Below the pieces are notes generated by a model that searched no databases, had not been told where the DNA came from, and saw only the letters and a list, made by a program, of their open reading frames with translations. A DNA stretch of 64,000 nt from Spirochaetia bacterium (GTDB taxonomy: Bacteria > Spirochaetota > Spirochaetia > SZUA-6 > Bin103): NCBI GenBank assembly GCA_965208575.1, contig CBDBOV010000005.1, positions 192,001 to 256,000 of the forward strand. The letters run 5' to 3'. Shown here piece by piece: positions 9,804-19,612 of this stretch. Each line of letters opens with the position of its first letter. Within the stretch, counting starts at the first letter, position 1. Made by a program: the position numbers and the translations under genes.

Positions 9804-10172
9804 AGCGTACTCCTCCTCGTTCTCGGGATCGGGACTGCGTCCCGTTGCCCGTGGTCCTCTTGGGCCGAAGACTTTGGCCTTCTCGCATAGTCGTGGTAAT
9901 CGTCGCACCAAGAGCGGGAGACAGCGCCGCGAGCGCCGGTTTCCGCGAGCGTGGTGCGATGGGTGTGGATGGCGAAGGGAGCCGCTACGTCGTCAGCGGT
10001 GCAGATGGCGACAGAGTGGCGGATGTGGCTCGGCGAGCGTAGAGAGCGGTCAGTTACCGGGTGCTTGGTTTGTTGTGGAGCAGGCCGGAGCAGGCCGGAG
10101 CGCTAGCGTTCGCGGCTAACGGGTGGCTGCGGTGGGCTGTGTGATCGCGCTTCATCCGCGTACCAAGCCGCC

Positions 10173-10200
10173 ATTCTACCACGCGCCCGGCACCCGTCAA
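10173..10200 (-). promoter_or_regulatory. Putative promoter giving a ~360-nt leader to the SBP at 9803
   Basis: TTGACG-16 nt-TAGAAT with extended TG. Confidence 0.6.
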
Positions 10201-10276
10201 GCACGCGGAATCGGTCGAGTCTGTCGGCTGGAAAGGTGCGACCGGGTCGCGCTACCATGCAGATCGGAGTCGGCGC

Positions 10277-11221
10277 ATGGAACAGAAGCCCAGTCCGGTG
10301 CTGCGTACCGCGATAGGAAACTATGGCCATACCGCGGCCTTGAAGGATGGCACCATCACCTCCCCGATGTTCGACCTGGAGCACGTTGAGGTCTCCCCCG
10401 TGCCGATGATATTCCGCCGCATGGTGCGGGGGCTCGAGTTCGATGTCGCGGAGATGGCGCTGGCGACCTGTTTCTGTGCCCGCGCCCATGGCAGACGCTT
10501 TACCGGAATCCCCATCTTCCTGACCCGCGCCTTCTATCACGGCGAGTTGCTGTGCCACCGGCGCAGCGGTATCCGGGCGCCGAAGGATCTCGAAGGCCGC
10601 AAGGTTGGCGTACGCAGCTACACGTTTACCCCCGGCGTCTGGACGCGCGGCATCCTGGCCGCCGAATACGGCGTCGACCTGGACGCGGTCACCTGGGTTC
10701 TGTCGGGAGACGAACACGTGCAGGAGTACGTCGCGCCCGCCAACGTGGTGTCGTCGCCCAACAACAACCTCGCGACGATGCTGCTCGCCGGCGAGATCGA
10801 CGCCGCCATCGCGCCCGGCCCGGTCGACTCGCCTGACATCCAGCCGCTGTTCCCGGACGCCCGGCAGGCCGACGACGCCTGGCACCGCAGGACCGGGATC
10901 TATCCGATCAGCCACCTGCTGGTGGTGAAGGACGCGGCGCTGGCGTCGCACCCCGGTCTCGCAACCGAGCTGTTCCGCCTGTTCAGCGAGGCCAGGTCGC
11001 AGTACCTGCCGCGCCTGCGCTCCGGCGCCGCCGACGACGCCGGCGATCGGTCGCTGCGGAAGATGGCGCAGACGGTCGGCGGCGACCCCCTGCCCTACGG
11101 CTTCGAGAGTTCGCGCAGGACTCTGGAGACCTTCATACGCTTCAACGTTGACCAGGGAGTGATACCGCAGACGGTCGCCCCGGAGGACCTGTTCGTGCCG
11201 GAGACCCTGGCCCTGGTCTGA
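10277..11221 (+). CDS. 4,5-dihydroxyphthalate decarboxylase-like / periplasmic-binding-fold protein
   Basis: T.ALKDG, IFRRMVRGLEFDVAEM, LEGRKVGVRSYT.T.GVW.RGIL, GIYPISH, DPLPYG; no signal peptide. Confidence 0.75.
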   Translation: MEQKPSPVLRTAIGNYGHTAALKDGTITSPMFDLEHVEVSPVPMIFRRMVRGLEFDVAEMALATCFCARAHGRRFTGIPIFLTRAFYHGELLCHRRSGIRAPKDLEGRKVGVRSYTFTPGVWTRGILAAEYGVDLDAVTWVLSGDEHVQEYVAPANVVSSPNNNLATMLLAGEIDAAIAPGPVDSPDIQPLFPDARQADDAWHRRTGIYPISHLLVVKDAALASHPGLATELFRLFSEARSQYLPRLRSGAADDAGDRSLRKMAQTVGGDPLPYGFESSRRTLETFIRFNVDQGVIPQTVAPEDLFVPETLALV

Positions 11222-11234
11222 CCACCCGAACCGA

Positions 11235-11490
11235 GCGGCGGCCCGCCGCTCTCGTTGGTCGCATCGGTCACGTAGTGATGCAGTTCGTACACTCGAAACA
11301 GTGCCTGGAGTCCACGAGTGGACTTGCTTCTGCGCCAGTCCGAGCTGATCACAATGCCCGCGCCGAGGTCCTTGCACAGCGAGCGCAGCCGTTCGACCGC
11401 TTCGCTGTCCCAGTCAAAGCAGACCGCCCCAAGGTCGTACTTGTCCATGCCCAGGTAGATCTCATCGGCGAATCTGTCGGCCAGCGAACA
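11235..11490 (-). pseudogene. Internal fragment of a HAD-domain (Swiss-Army-Knife type) protein
   Basis: AVERLRSLCKDLGAGIVISSDWR motif; both ends missing. Confidence 0.55.
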
Positions 11491-11570
11491 GCACGATCGG
11501 CGCCTCGTTGCGGCTGGACACCGATGCCGGGCGTCGGCGTGCGCGCCCCGGCTGATCTGGAACGTCCGGT

Positions 11571-11599
11571 TTGCATGCCCGCGCGAGATGGGCTACGCT
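11571..11599 (+). promoter_or_regulatory. Promoter for a probably leaderless Uma2 mRNA
   Basis: TTGCAT-17 nt-TACGCT, ATG 6 nt later, no SD; conserved at 14526-14554. Confidence 0.6.
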
Positions 11600-11605
11600 G
11601 GCGTC

Positions 11606-12589
11606 ATGGCCAGCACCAAAGCACCGCCCAGCGGGCGCTACCAAGCAGCGCAACCCCGGCCCGCCCAGCCCGCCGAGCCGCCGGCGTTCCCGGGCTGCAC
11701 GCCGGTGCACCTGCCGCGCACCGAGATCGACCGCTTCGAGGGGCGGCTCGAGTATTGGGATTCGGCCACCGAGACCGCCTGGATCAGCGAGCCCACCACT
11801 TCCTATCACGAACGCACGTCGCGCCTGGTGACCCGCTTGGCCGAGATGGTTGGCCGGGTGCGCGGGTCGCCGATCGAGTCGTACGGCTCGATGGACCTGC
11901 TGCTGCGCGACCCCGACAGCGAGCCGCGGCGCATCATGCAGGCCGACGAGTCGGTGTACCTGCATCCGGCGCGCGCCAAGCTGCCGGGGGCCGCCATGGT
12001 GGTAGGCGAGGACGACTTTCCCGACGTGGTGCTGGAGGTGGATCACACCACCGACGTGCACCGCGGCAAGCTCGCGCTGTACGAATCGTGGGGCTTCCCG
12101 GAAGTGTGGGTGGAGGTGCCGGACACTCCGTCGCCGAGCCGGCCGCACCGGCGCCGCCCGGGACTGACCATTCATGTGCTCGAGCACGGCCGGTTCCGGG
12201 TTGCAACCGAGAGCCGTGCATTTCCCGGCTGGCGGGCCGAGGAGATTCACTTGGCGCTGAACGAGCCGGTGCCGTCGGCGCAGACGAGCGCGGCGGTGGA
12301 ACGGGTTGCAACGGCGCTCGGTGAGCGCGAAGGCACCGGCCCGGACGACGACCCGCTGCTGCGCTCGCAACGGCGCCAGGGGTTCGAGCGCGGCCTGGCG
12401 GAAGGTCGCTTACGGATGGTCCGCCAGATTCTGCGGTCACGGGGCATTGCAGTGTCGGCGCGGTTCTCCGCCGCTGCGGAAGCGCTCGCCGCGGCGCCCG
12501 AGGAGGCGCTGCTGGCGGCGGCGCTTGGCTGCGCGGATGAGGCGGAGTTCCTTGCCGCGCTCCGGCGCTCGCGCCACCCGGCCGGCTGA
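11606..12589 (+). CDS. Uma2-family PD-(D/E)XK endonuclease (copy 1)
   Basis: QADESVY...FPDVVLEVDHT...KLALYESWGFPEVW. Confidence 0.85.
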   Translation: MASTKAPPSGRYQAAQPRPAQPAEPPAFPGCTPVHLPRTEIDRFEGRLEYWDSATETAWISEPTTSYHERTSRLVTRLAEMVGRVRGSPIESYGSMDLLLRDPDSEPRRIMQADESVYLHPARAKLPGAAMVVGEDDFPDVVLEVDHTTDVHRGKLALYESWGFPEVWVEVPDTPSPSRPHRRRPGLTIHVLEHGRFRVATESRAFPGWRAEEIHLALNEPVPSAQTSAAVERVATALGEREGTGPDDDPLLRSQRRQGFERGLAEGRLRMVRQILRSRGIAVSARFSAAAEALAAAPEEALLAAALGCADEAEFLAALRRSRHPAG

Positions 12590-12770
12590 CCTCATAGCGC
12601 CCCGAAACCGCGTTTTCGTTCGGCCCTTCGATCAGCAACGCCTAATTGGTCATGCGCGCCGGGTCGTAAAGGTCGCGGGTGTCGCTCAACCAGCTGCACC
12701 ACCTGCTGCTGTCGGCGCCGTGGAGTGCGGCCTTGCGGGTGCACCGGCGCGCGTGGTTTCATGTCCGGCG

Positions 12771-14498
12771 ATGTCTCGAGGTTGGAGGGGGACGGAGTGG
12801 CTGGCGGCTCTGCTGTGTGCCGGCCCGCTCGGCGCGGCTCCCCGCGTTGCAGTTGTCCCGGTCAGCGCCGAGACGAGTTGCACGGGAGCGTTCGTGGCGC
12901 GGCCGCTGCCGCACTCGGTGCAGCCGATGCCGAACCTGCCGATGCCGTTCGACAGCAACGGCGCGGGGGTCGCGATCGCCGACCTCGATGGCGACGGCTG
13001 GCTGGACGTGGTGCTCGGCGGTCTGCACGGGCCGGCGACGGTGCTCTGGAACCGGGGCGGGCCGGGCGGTCCGGCGTTCGATGCGGCCGCGCTCGAACTG
13101 GTCGGGGCGCGCGCGGTGGCCATCGTGGACGTGGACGGCGACGGACACCAGGACATCGTCGCCACGCGGCCCGACGAGCGTCCGCGGTGGCTGCGGGGAA
13201 GCGGCGGGCGCGCCTTCCGGATCGTGGACGACGAACGGTTCGTCGCGCGCTATCCCATCTACTCGATGGCGTGGGACGATCTCGATGGCGACACCGACCT
13301 CGACCTGGTCGGCGCCACCTACGACGCCGAGTTGGAGCGATACGAGGCGATGGAGGCATACCGGAACTTCGTGACGACCAACGTTTCCACCGCCCGCACC
13401 CGGCAGCGGGGGGTGTGGTACTACGAGAACCTCGGGCCGCGCGACCGGCGCAGCGCCTTCGAGCCGGGTGAGTTCCAGTTCCTGGCATGGCCCCTCGCCG
13501 CCGGCGCGATGGCACTGGCCATCGTGCTGACCGACGTCGACGGCGACGCGCTCAGCGACATCGTCGTGGGCAACGACTACGACGTCCCGGACAACGTGTT
13601 CCTGCGCACCCCCGATCGGGTGCGCCCGCACCGGTCGTGGTGGCGCCCCGGCAGTCCGTTCCCGGTGACCACCCGCAACACCATGGCATTCGCCACCGGC
13701 GACGTGGACAACGACGGCCGGATCGAGCTGTTCGCGGCCGACATGAGCCCGTACCGCGCGGGTGCGGACATCGACGAGGCCTGGGGGCCGCTGCTGCAAC
13801 CGGGCGGCGCGGCGACCCCGGTGGGCGACGGCGTACAGGCCGCGGCCAACGTGCTGCAGACCCGGCAGGAGGACGGCTCCTACCTGGACACCGCCGGCCG
13901 CGCCGGGGTGGCCGCCACCGGCTGGAGCTGGTCGGCGCAGTTCGGGGACCTGGACAGCGACGGCGACCTGGACCTGTACATCGTCAACGGCATGGTCGGC
14001 GACCCGTTCCGGAAACTGGACAACGCCGAGTTGGTCGAGGAGAACCAGGCGCTGCGCAACCTGGGCGGAGGGCGCTTCGTGGCCGCGCCGGAGTGGGGGC
14101 TGGGCGCCACCGAGAGCGGGCGCGGCATGGCGCTCGGCGACCTCGACCGCGACGGCGACCTGGACATCGTGGTCAACAACTACCGGGCGCCGTCGCTGCT
14201 GTTCGAGAACCGCCTGTGCGGCGGGGCGAGCGTGCAGGTGGACCTGGTCTGGTCCGGCACGGACAACCGGTTCGCAATCGGCGCCTCGTTGCGGCTGGAC
14301 ACCGATGCCGGCCGCTACCGGCGCGACGTGGAGGTGACCAGCGGCTACCTGTCGAGCAACCCGCCCCGCGTCCACTTCGGCTTGCCTGCCGGCGAGCGCC
14401 CGCAGCGGCTCACCGTCCGCTGGCCGGACGGATCCGAAGACGTGGTGGAGACCGCGGACGGCCTGGCAGCCGACACGCTGCTGACCGTCACCCGGTAG
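12771..14498 (+). CDS. CRTAC1-like FG-GAP/VCBS repeat protein with C-terminal ASPIC/UnbV domain
   Basis: Multiple DxDGDGxLD repeats, GWSWSAQFGDLD, GRGMALGDLD, GYLSS..PRVHFGL, VRWPDG; start uncertain. Confidence 0.88.
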   Translation: MSRGWRGTEWLAALLCAGPLGAAPRVAVVPVSAETSCTGAFVARPLPHSVQPMPNLPMPFDSNGAGVAIADLDGDGWLDVVLGGLHGPATVLWNRGGPGGPAFDAAALELVGARAVAIVDVDGDGHQDIVATRPDERPRWLRGSGGRAFRIVDDERFVARYPIYSMAWDDLDGDTDLDLVGATYDAELERYEAMEAYRNFVTTNVSTARTRQRGVWYYENLGPRDRRSAFEPGEFQFLAWPLAAGAMALAIVLTDVDGDALSDIVVGNDYDVPDNVFLRTPDRVRPHRSWWRPGSPFPVTTRNTMAFATGDVDNDGRIELFAADMSPYRAGADIDEAWGPLLQPGGAATPVGDGVQAAANVLQTRQEDGSYLDTAGRAGVAATGWSWSAQFGDLDSDGDLDLYIVNGMVGDPFRKLDNAELVEENQALRNLGGGRFVAAPEWGLGATESGRGMALGDLDRDGDLDIVVNNYRAPSLLFENRLCGGASVQVDLVWSGTDNRFAIGASLRLDTDAGRYRRDVEVTSGYLSSNPPRVHFGLPAGERPQRLTVRWPDGSEDVVETADGLAADTLLTVTR

Positions 14499-14560
14499 CA
14501 CTCCGCCAGATCTGGAACGTTCGGTTTGCATGCCCGCGCGAGATCGGCTACGCTGGCGCC

Positions 14561-15544
14561 ATGGCCAGCACCAAAGCACCGCCCACCGGGCGCTACCAGG
14601 CAGCGCAACCCCGGCCCGCCGAGCCCGCCGAGCCGCCGGCGTTCCCGGGCTGCACGCCGGTGCACCTGCCGCGCACCGAAGTCGAGCGCTTCGAGGGACG
14701 GCTCGAGTATTGGGATTCGGCCACCGAGACCGCCTGGATCAGCGAGTCCGCCACGGCCTACCACGAGCGCCCGTCGCGCCTCCTGACGCGCTTGGCCGAG
14801 CGCATCGCCGAAGTGCGCGGCTCGCCGATCGAGTCGTACGGCTCGACCGACCTGCTGCTGCGCGACCCCGGCGGCGAACCGCGGCGCATCATGCAGGCCG
14901 ACGAGTCGGTATACCTGCATCCGGGGCAGGCCAGGCTGCCGGGGGCCGCCATGGTGGTCGGCGAGGACGACTTTCCCGACGTGGTGCTGGAGGTCGATCA
15001 CACCACCGACGTACACCGCGGCAAGCTGGCGCTGTACGAGTCGTGGGGCTTCCCGGAAGTGTGGGTGGAGGTGCCGGACGCGCCGTCCGCGAGCCGACCG
15101 CACCGGCGCCTCCCGGGACTGACGATTCACCTGCTGGAGCATGGCCGGTTCCGGGTTGCGGCCGAGAGCCGGGCGTTTCCCGGCTGGCGGGCCGAGGAGA
15201 TTCACTTGGCGCTGAACGAACCGGTGCCGTCCGCACAGACGAGCGCGGCGGTGGAACGGGTTGCAGCGGCACTGAGCGCGCGCGAAGGCACCGGACCCGA
15301 CGACGATCCGCTGCTTCGTTCGCAGCGGCGCCAGGGGTACGAACGCGGCCGCGCGGACACCCGTGCGCGGATGGTTCGCCAGATCCTGCGGTCACGCGGC
15401 GTTGCAGTGTCGGCGAGGTTCTCCGCCGCTGCGGAAGCGCTCGCCGCGACGTCCGAGGAGGCGCTGCTGGCGGCGGCGCTTGGCTGCGCGGATGAGGCGG
15501 AGTTCCTTGCCGCGCTCCGGCGCTCGCGCGACCCGGACGGCTGA
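14561..15544 (+). CDS. Uma2-family PD-(D/E)XK endonuclease (copy 2)
   Basis: Close paralogue of 11606-12589 including its promoter. Confidence 0.85.
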   Translation: MASTKAPPTGRYQAAQPRPAEPAEPPAFPGCTPVHLPRTEVERFEGRLEYWDSATETAWISESATAYHERPSRLLTRLAERIAEVRGSPIESYGSTDLLLRDPGGEPRRIMQADESVYLHPGQARLPGAAMVVGEDDFPDVVLEVDHTTDVHRGKLALYESWGFPEVWVEVPDAPSASRPHRRLPGLTIHLLEHGRFRVAAESRAFPGWRAEEIHLALNEPVPSAQTSAAVERVAAALSAREGTGPDDDPLLRSQRRQGYERGRADTRARMVRQILRSRGVAVSARFSAAAEALAATSEEALLAAALGCADEAEFLAALRRSRDPDG

Positions 15545-15547
15545 CCG

Positions 15548-15757
15548 GTGCCGCTCGATGCCCGGATTCTCAACCAGGCGATCGACTCCGCACTGCGCGA
15601 CTTCAAGGATGCGATCCAGCTTCACTCGGCAGTCAGGGCCGGAGCACGCTACCTGATCACCAGGAACCCCTCCCACTTCGCTACGGACGCACTGGCGGTG
15701 GTCTCCCCGGACGAGTACCTGGCCGTGGTCCAGGTGGCTGACGGCCCGGTGGAGTAA
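15548..15757 (+). pseudogene. C-terminal half of a PIN-domain protein
   Basis: DFKDAIQLHSA...YLITRNPSHF; N-terminal DTN motif missing. Confidence 0.7.
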
Positions 15758-15851
15758 GCCGGACTGTGCGACCCTCGCTCGCTGCGGTGCTGCGATACGG
15801 TAAGCTACGCTTGGCCTGCCCGGCAGAGGCCGGGCCGAGAAGGAGAAGCGG

Positions 15852-16607
15852 ATGATCGAGATCGCGAGACGGGAGATTGCCGCCATTCCGTGCCTGGTGC
15901 TGCGCGAGACGCGCGTGGCGGAGGCGCCGGTGGTGATTCACTACCACGGCTGGACCGGCAACAAGGGCAGCATCGAAGCGCCGGACCAGTCGCTGGTGCA
16001 GTTGGCCTCCGCCGGGTTCCTGGTGGTCGCCCCCGACTGCCACGAACACGGTGAGCGGCGCACCGATGCGTGGTTCCGGGCAAAGTTCAACGGCTGGGCG
16101 TTCGTGTGCGAGGCGATGGACCGCACCCGCGCGGAGGCGCCGGCGCTGCTCGACGCGGTGCTGGCGCTGCCGCACGGCAGCGCCGACCGGCCGCAGGTCA
16201 GCGGCGTGTCGATGGGCGGTCTGATCGCCCAGATGGTGTTCGCCGAGAACCGGGCGTTGGCGGCGCTGGTGTCGGTGGTGGGCCGCTCCAGCTTCTTCCA
16301 GGCCGACGAGTGGTGCCGGCGGGCGCAGCGCGGCACGTGGTGCGACTCGTGGTGCGCCGAGCACGCCACCCAGTCCCATCCGGAGCGGTTCACCGGCCGG
16401 CCGGTGCTGTTCATCGACGGCGGCCTGGACACCGACTGCCCCGCTTCCACCAACGCGGAGACGGTCCGGCTGATCAACGCCCGCGGCGGCCGGGCCGAGC
16501 ACTTCGTCGACCCGGTAGTGGGGCACGCCTTCTCGCCCCCCATGCGGACCAGGTTCGTGAACTGGCTGATCGGCCACGGCGAGCCGGCGCTGGCGGGAGG
16601 CGCCTGA
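15852..16607 (+). CDS. Alpha/beta hydrolase (YjfP-like esterase)
   Basis: HGWTG, PDC.EHGER, GVSMGG nucleophile, D and GH triad residues; AGGAG SD. Confidence 0.85.
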   Translation: MIEIARREIAAIPCLVLRETRVAEAPVVIHYHGWTGNKGSIEAPDQSLVQLASAGFLVVAPDCHEHGERRTDAWFRAKFNGWAFVCEAMDRTRAEAPALLDAVLALPHGSADRPQVSGVSMGGLIAQMVFAENRALAALVSVVGRSSFFQADEWCRRAQRGTWCDSWCAEHATQSHPERFTGRPVLFIDGGLDTDCPASTNAETVRLINARGGRAEHFVDPVVGHAFSPPMRTRFVNWLIGHGEPALAGGA

Positions 16608-16609
16608 GC

Positions 16610-17371
16610 ATGGCCGGCAGGGGTTCCGGCGCGCCGGAGGTGGCGCGCATCGTGGCGGAGTTGGACGAGCGCGGCTACTGTGTCATTCCGGCGGTGATCT
16701 CCACCGCCGAGGCGGATCGGGCACGCGCGGCCCTGGAACGACTCCTGGCGGACGAGGCCACCGACGCCACCCGCCGGGCGCGCAGCCAGCGGGTCGCCAG
16801 GATAGCGGTCAAGCACCCCATCTTCCTGGAGCTGCTGACCCATCCGCTGATCGTGGCAATCTGGCGCACCTACCTGGACCCGGACGTGATCTGCTCCACC
16901 TGGACCGCCAACACCACCTTCCCCGGCTACGACCGCATCGGATGGCACCCCGACTTCCCCTACCAGTGGCTGAACCAGCCGTGGCCGCGCGACCGCATCA
17001 GCGGGCAGACGATCTGGATGCTGGACGACTTCACCGACCGAAACGGCGGCACCGGGCTGCTCCCCTGCAGCCACCGCAAGGGCCACCGCCCGCCGCCGGA
17101 GAGCGCCTCGCAGTGGCACCCGGACGCCGAGATCCTGACCGGCGTGCGCGGCAGCGTGCTGGTGATGCACGGCGCCAACTGGCACACCGCGCGTCCCAAC
17201 CGGTCCGATGCGCCGCGTAGCGCCCTGCTGGGCATGTACACGCGTCCGATCTACCTGACCCAGGAAGACATGCCCGCCCAGCTCGCCGACCTGGACAACC
17301 CGTCCGAACTGGTGCGCCAACTGATGGGCGCCAACCGCCACCGCCCCGGCGTGGTCGGCACCGGCCAGTAG
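16610..17371 (+). CDS. Phytanoyl-CoA dioxygenase family protein
   Basis: WHPD...IWMLDDFT..NGGT..LP.SH...WHTA..NRS...R. Confidence 0.9.
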   Translation: MAGRGSGAPEVARIVAELDERGYCVIPAVISTAEADRARAALERLLADEATDATRRARSQRVARIAVKHPIFLELLTHPLIVAIWRTYLDPDVICSTWTANTTFPGYDRIGWHPDFPYQWLNQPWPRDRISGQTIWMLDDFTDRNGGTGLLPCSHRKGHRPPPESASQWHPDAEILTGVRGSVLVMHGANWHTARPNRSDAPRSALLGMYTRPIYLTQEDMPAQLADLDNPSELVRQLMGANRHRPGVVGTGQ

Positions 17372-17377
17372 CGTTCA

Positions 17378-17406
17378 TTGACGGCGCGGCGCAGTCTCCG
17401 TAGAGT
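17378..17406 (+). promoter_or_regulatory. Putative promoter of the sugar/peptide ABC operon
   Basis: TTGACG-17 nt-TAGAGT. Confidence 0.65.
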
Positions 17407-17443
17407 GCACCATCTTTCGCGGTTGCCTGAAGGAGGTTTACTC

Positions 17444-18673
17444 ATGCGAAGAAGAGCTACCCTGATTGCCGCCGCCGTCCTGGCGGGCGGCCTGATCTGC
17501 GCACAACAGCTTGTGGCGCAGCAAGTTACCCTGACCGTTTCGATAGGCGCCTCGGAGGTGCACGAGTCATGGTACCGGCTGTACGAGGAGCAGCACCCGA
17601 ACGTCAAGATCGAGAGCTTCGTGGTGCCGGGCGCCTCGATGGAGGACTTCCTGCGCGCCAGAGCCGCCGCGGGCACCCTGCCCGACCTGTTCGCGATCAA
17701 CAGCAACGCGTTCGGCCACAAGTTCATGGCGGACGGCTTCGCGGCCGACCTCGCCGACACTGCGGCCGCGGCCAACACGCTGCCGGGTCTGCGCGAACCG
17801 TTCACCACGCCGGCCGGGGAGGTGTACGGCATTCCGATCGGCACCGCCACCACCTGGATGTACTACAACCGCGACCTGATCGCGGAGGCGGGCATCGGGG
17901 CGATTCCGACCACCTGGGACGAGTTCATCGCCTCCCTCGAGAAGCTCAAGAGCAAGCGCATCGCCGGCACCATCATCGACAAGGACGGCTTCGGCAATAC
18001 CTGGTTCAGCTACATCTTCGCCCAGGAGGTGGTGCCGGGCGAACCCGACTTCGTGGCCAAGATCGAGCGCGGCGAGTTCGACTTCACGCAGCCCGGCGTG
18101 GCCGAGATCTTCGCCAAGGTGAAGTACCTGACCGACAACGGTCTGGCTCACAAGGCGTTCCTGAGCACCAACAACGCGCAGGCATCGAGCCTGTTCCTGC
18201 AGGGACGGGCGGCAACCTACTTCGCGGGGAGCTGGCAGGCAGGCCAGTTGCTCGACGGCGACATCGACGCCGACATCTTCTTCCCGGCGGTCAAGGATGC
18301 CGGCGAAGCGACCATGGGCGTACTGGTGCCGGAGACCGGCGTCGGCATCAATGCGGCGTCCGACAACCTGGATGCCGCCTTCGACCTGCTCAACTGGATG
18401 TACGGCGAAGGCTACGCGTTCTACCAGAACGGCATGGGCAACATTCCGAGCGTGATCGAGGTGATGGGCGAGGTGAAGCTCGATCCGCGCGTAATCCGGG
18501 TGCTCGACGAGGTGAAGGGCTACCCGCAGACCCGGCTGTGGTTCCAGTACCTGCCGTCGGAGACACTGCCCCTGGTCACCAAGCTGCTCGACCAGGTTCT
18601 GCTCGGCGATCTGACCCCGCAGGAGGCGGCGGAAGAACTCCACACCGCGGCCCGCGACGCCGTAATGCAGTAG
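17444..18673 (+). CDS. Carbohydrate ABC substrate-binding protein (family 1)
   Basis: AAGGAGG SD, signal peptide, HPNVKIE, VYGIP, YYNRDL..AG...PTTWDEF. Confidence 0.9.
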   Translation: MRRRATLIAAAVLAGGLICAQQLVAQQVTLTVSIGASEVHESWYRLYEEQHPNVKIESFVVPGASMEDFLRARAAAGTLPDLFAINSNAFGHKFMADGFAADLADTAAAANTLPGLREPFTTPAGEVYGIPIGTATTWMYYNRDLIAEAGIGAIPTTWDEFIASLEKLKSKRIAGTIIDKDGFGNTWFSYIFAQEVVPGEPDFVAKIERGEFDFTQPGVAEIFAKVKYLTDNGLAHKAFLSTNNAQASSLFLQGRAATYFAGSWQAGQLLDGDIDADIFFPAVKDAGEATMGVLVPETGVGINAASDNLDAAFDLLNWMYGEGYAFYQNGMGNIPSVIEVMGEVKLDPRVIRVLDEVKGYPQTRLWFQYLPSETLPLVTKLLDQVLLGDLTPQEAAEELHTAARDAVMQ

Positions 18674-18680
18674 ACTCGCG

Positions 18681-18712
18681 GAGCGCAGGGTGAGGCGCTT
18701 CACCCTGCGCTC
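18681..18712 (+). terminator. Perfect hairpin between SBP and permease
   Basis: GAGCGCAGGGTGA-ggcgct-TCACCCTGCGCTC. Confidence 0.65.
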
Positions 18713-18718
18713 ACCCCC

Positions 18719-19612
18719 ATGCAGATTACCTATCATCAGCAGCGCTTCATCGCCGGACTGCTGTTCGTGGCGCCGGCGCTGGCCGTGGCGGTCGTGTTCT
18801 TCGTGTACCCGATCGCCCTGACCCTGCGCTACAGCTTTACCAACTGGGACGGCCTGTTTCCGCAGGCGGAGTGGGTCGGACTGAAGAACTTCGCCGTGGT
18901 GCTCGGCGAGCGTTCGATCAAGCGGGTGTTCTTCAACACCTTCTACCTGGTGGTGCTGTACGTGCCGGTGCTCAACGTCCTCGCGGTGCTGATCGCCGTG
19001 CACATCCACAACGTGGTGCGGCTCAGGAACGTCTACAAGGCGATCATGTACCTGCCGCAGATGCTGTCGCTGACCGTGGTGGGGTTCGTGTGGAAGGTGA
19101 TCTACTCCTACGACGGCGGGCTGATCAACGAGGCGATGATCCTGCTCGGCCTGGAGTGGTACACGCAGGACTGGCTCGGGCAGCGCAACACCGTGCTGCC
19201 GGCGATGAGCCTGACCATTGTCTGGTCGGCGCTCGGCTACTTCATCCTGATCTACCTGGCCGGCTTGAGCGCGATTCCGCGCGAGTTGTACGAGTCCGCC
19301 GACGTCGACGGCGCCGGCCCCTTCAAGCAGCTCGTGTTCATCACCATCCCGATGCTCGCACAGGCGATCACCATCAGCGTGACGCTGGCGGCGATCGGCA
19401 TCCTGGGCCTGTTCGACCTGCCGTTCGTGCTCACCGAAGGCGGCCCCGGCTACCTCTCGGAGACGCTCGCGCTGCGCGTCTACATGTACGCGTTCGCCCA
19501 GTTGCGCATCGACTACGGGCTGGCGATGGCGGTGATCCTGGGGGTCATCTCGGTGCTGGCGGCGCTGATTCTGCTGAAGCTGTTCCGCAAGCGGGAGGAG
19601 GTGTACGGCTGA
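18719..19612 (+). CDS. Carbohydrate ABC permease 1
   Basis: VGLKNF, IYLAGLSAIPRELYESADVDGA, LTEGGPG. Confidence 0.92.
   Translation: MQITYHQQRFIAGLLFVAPALAVAVVFFVYPIALTLRYSFTNWDGLFPQAEWVGLKNFAVVLGERSIKRVFFNTFYLVVLYVPVLNVLAVLIAVHIHNVVRLRNVYKAIMYLPQMLSLTVVGFVWKVIYSYDGGLINEAMILLGLEWYTQDWLGQRNTVLPAMSLTIVWSALGYFILIYLAGLSAIPRELYESADVDGAGPFKQLVFITIPMLAQAITISVTLAAIGILGLFDLPFVLTEGGPGYLSETLALRVYMYAFAQLRIDYGLAMAVILGVISVLAALILLKLFRKREEVYG

Noticed and set aside
12590-12655. Possible HicB-like fragment on the minus strand (MTN*ALLIEGP)
   Set aside because: Too short and interrupted to support
11553-15544. Composite transposon bounded by IS copies
   Set aside because: The repeats encode Uma2 nucleases, not transposases; no terminal inverted repeats or target duplication seen
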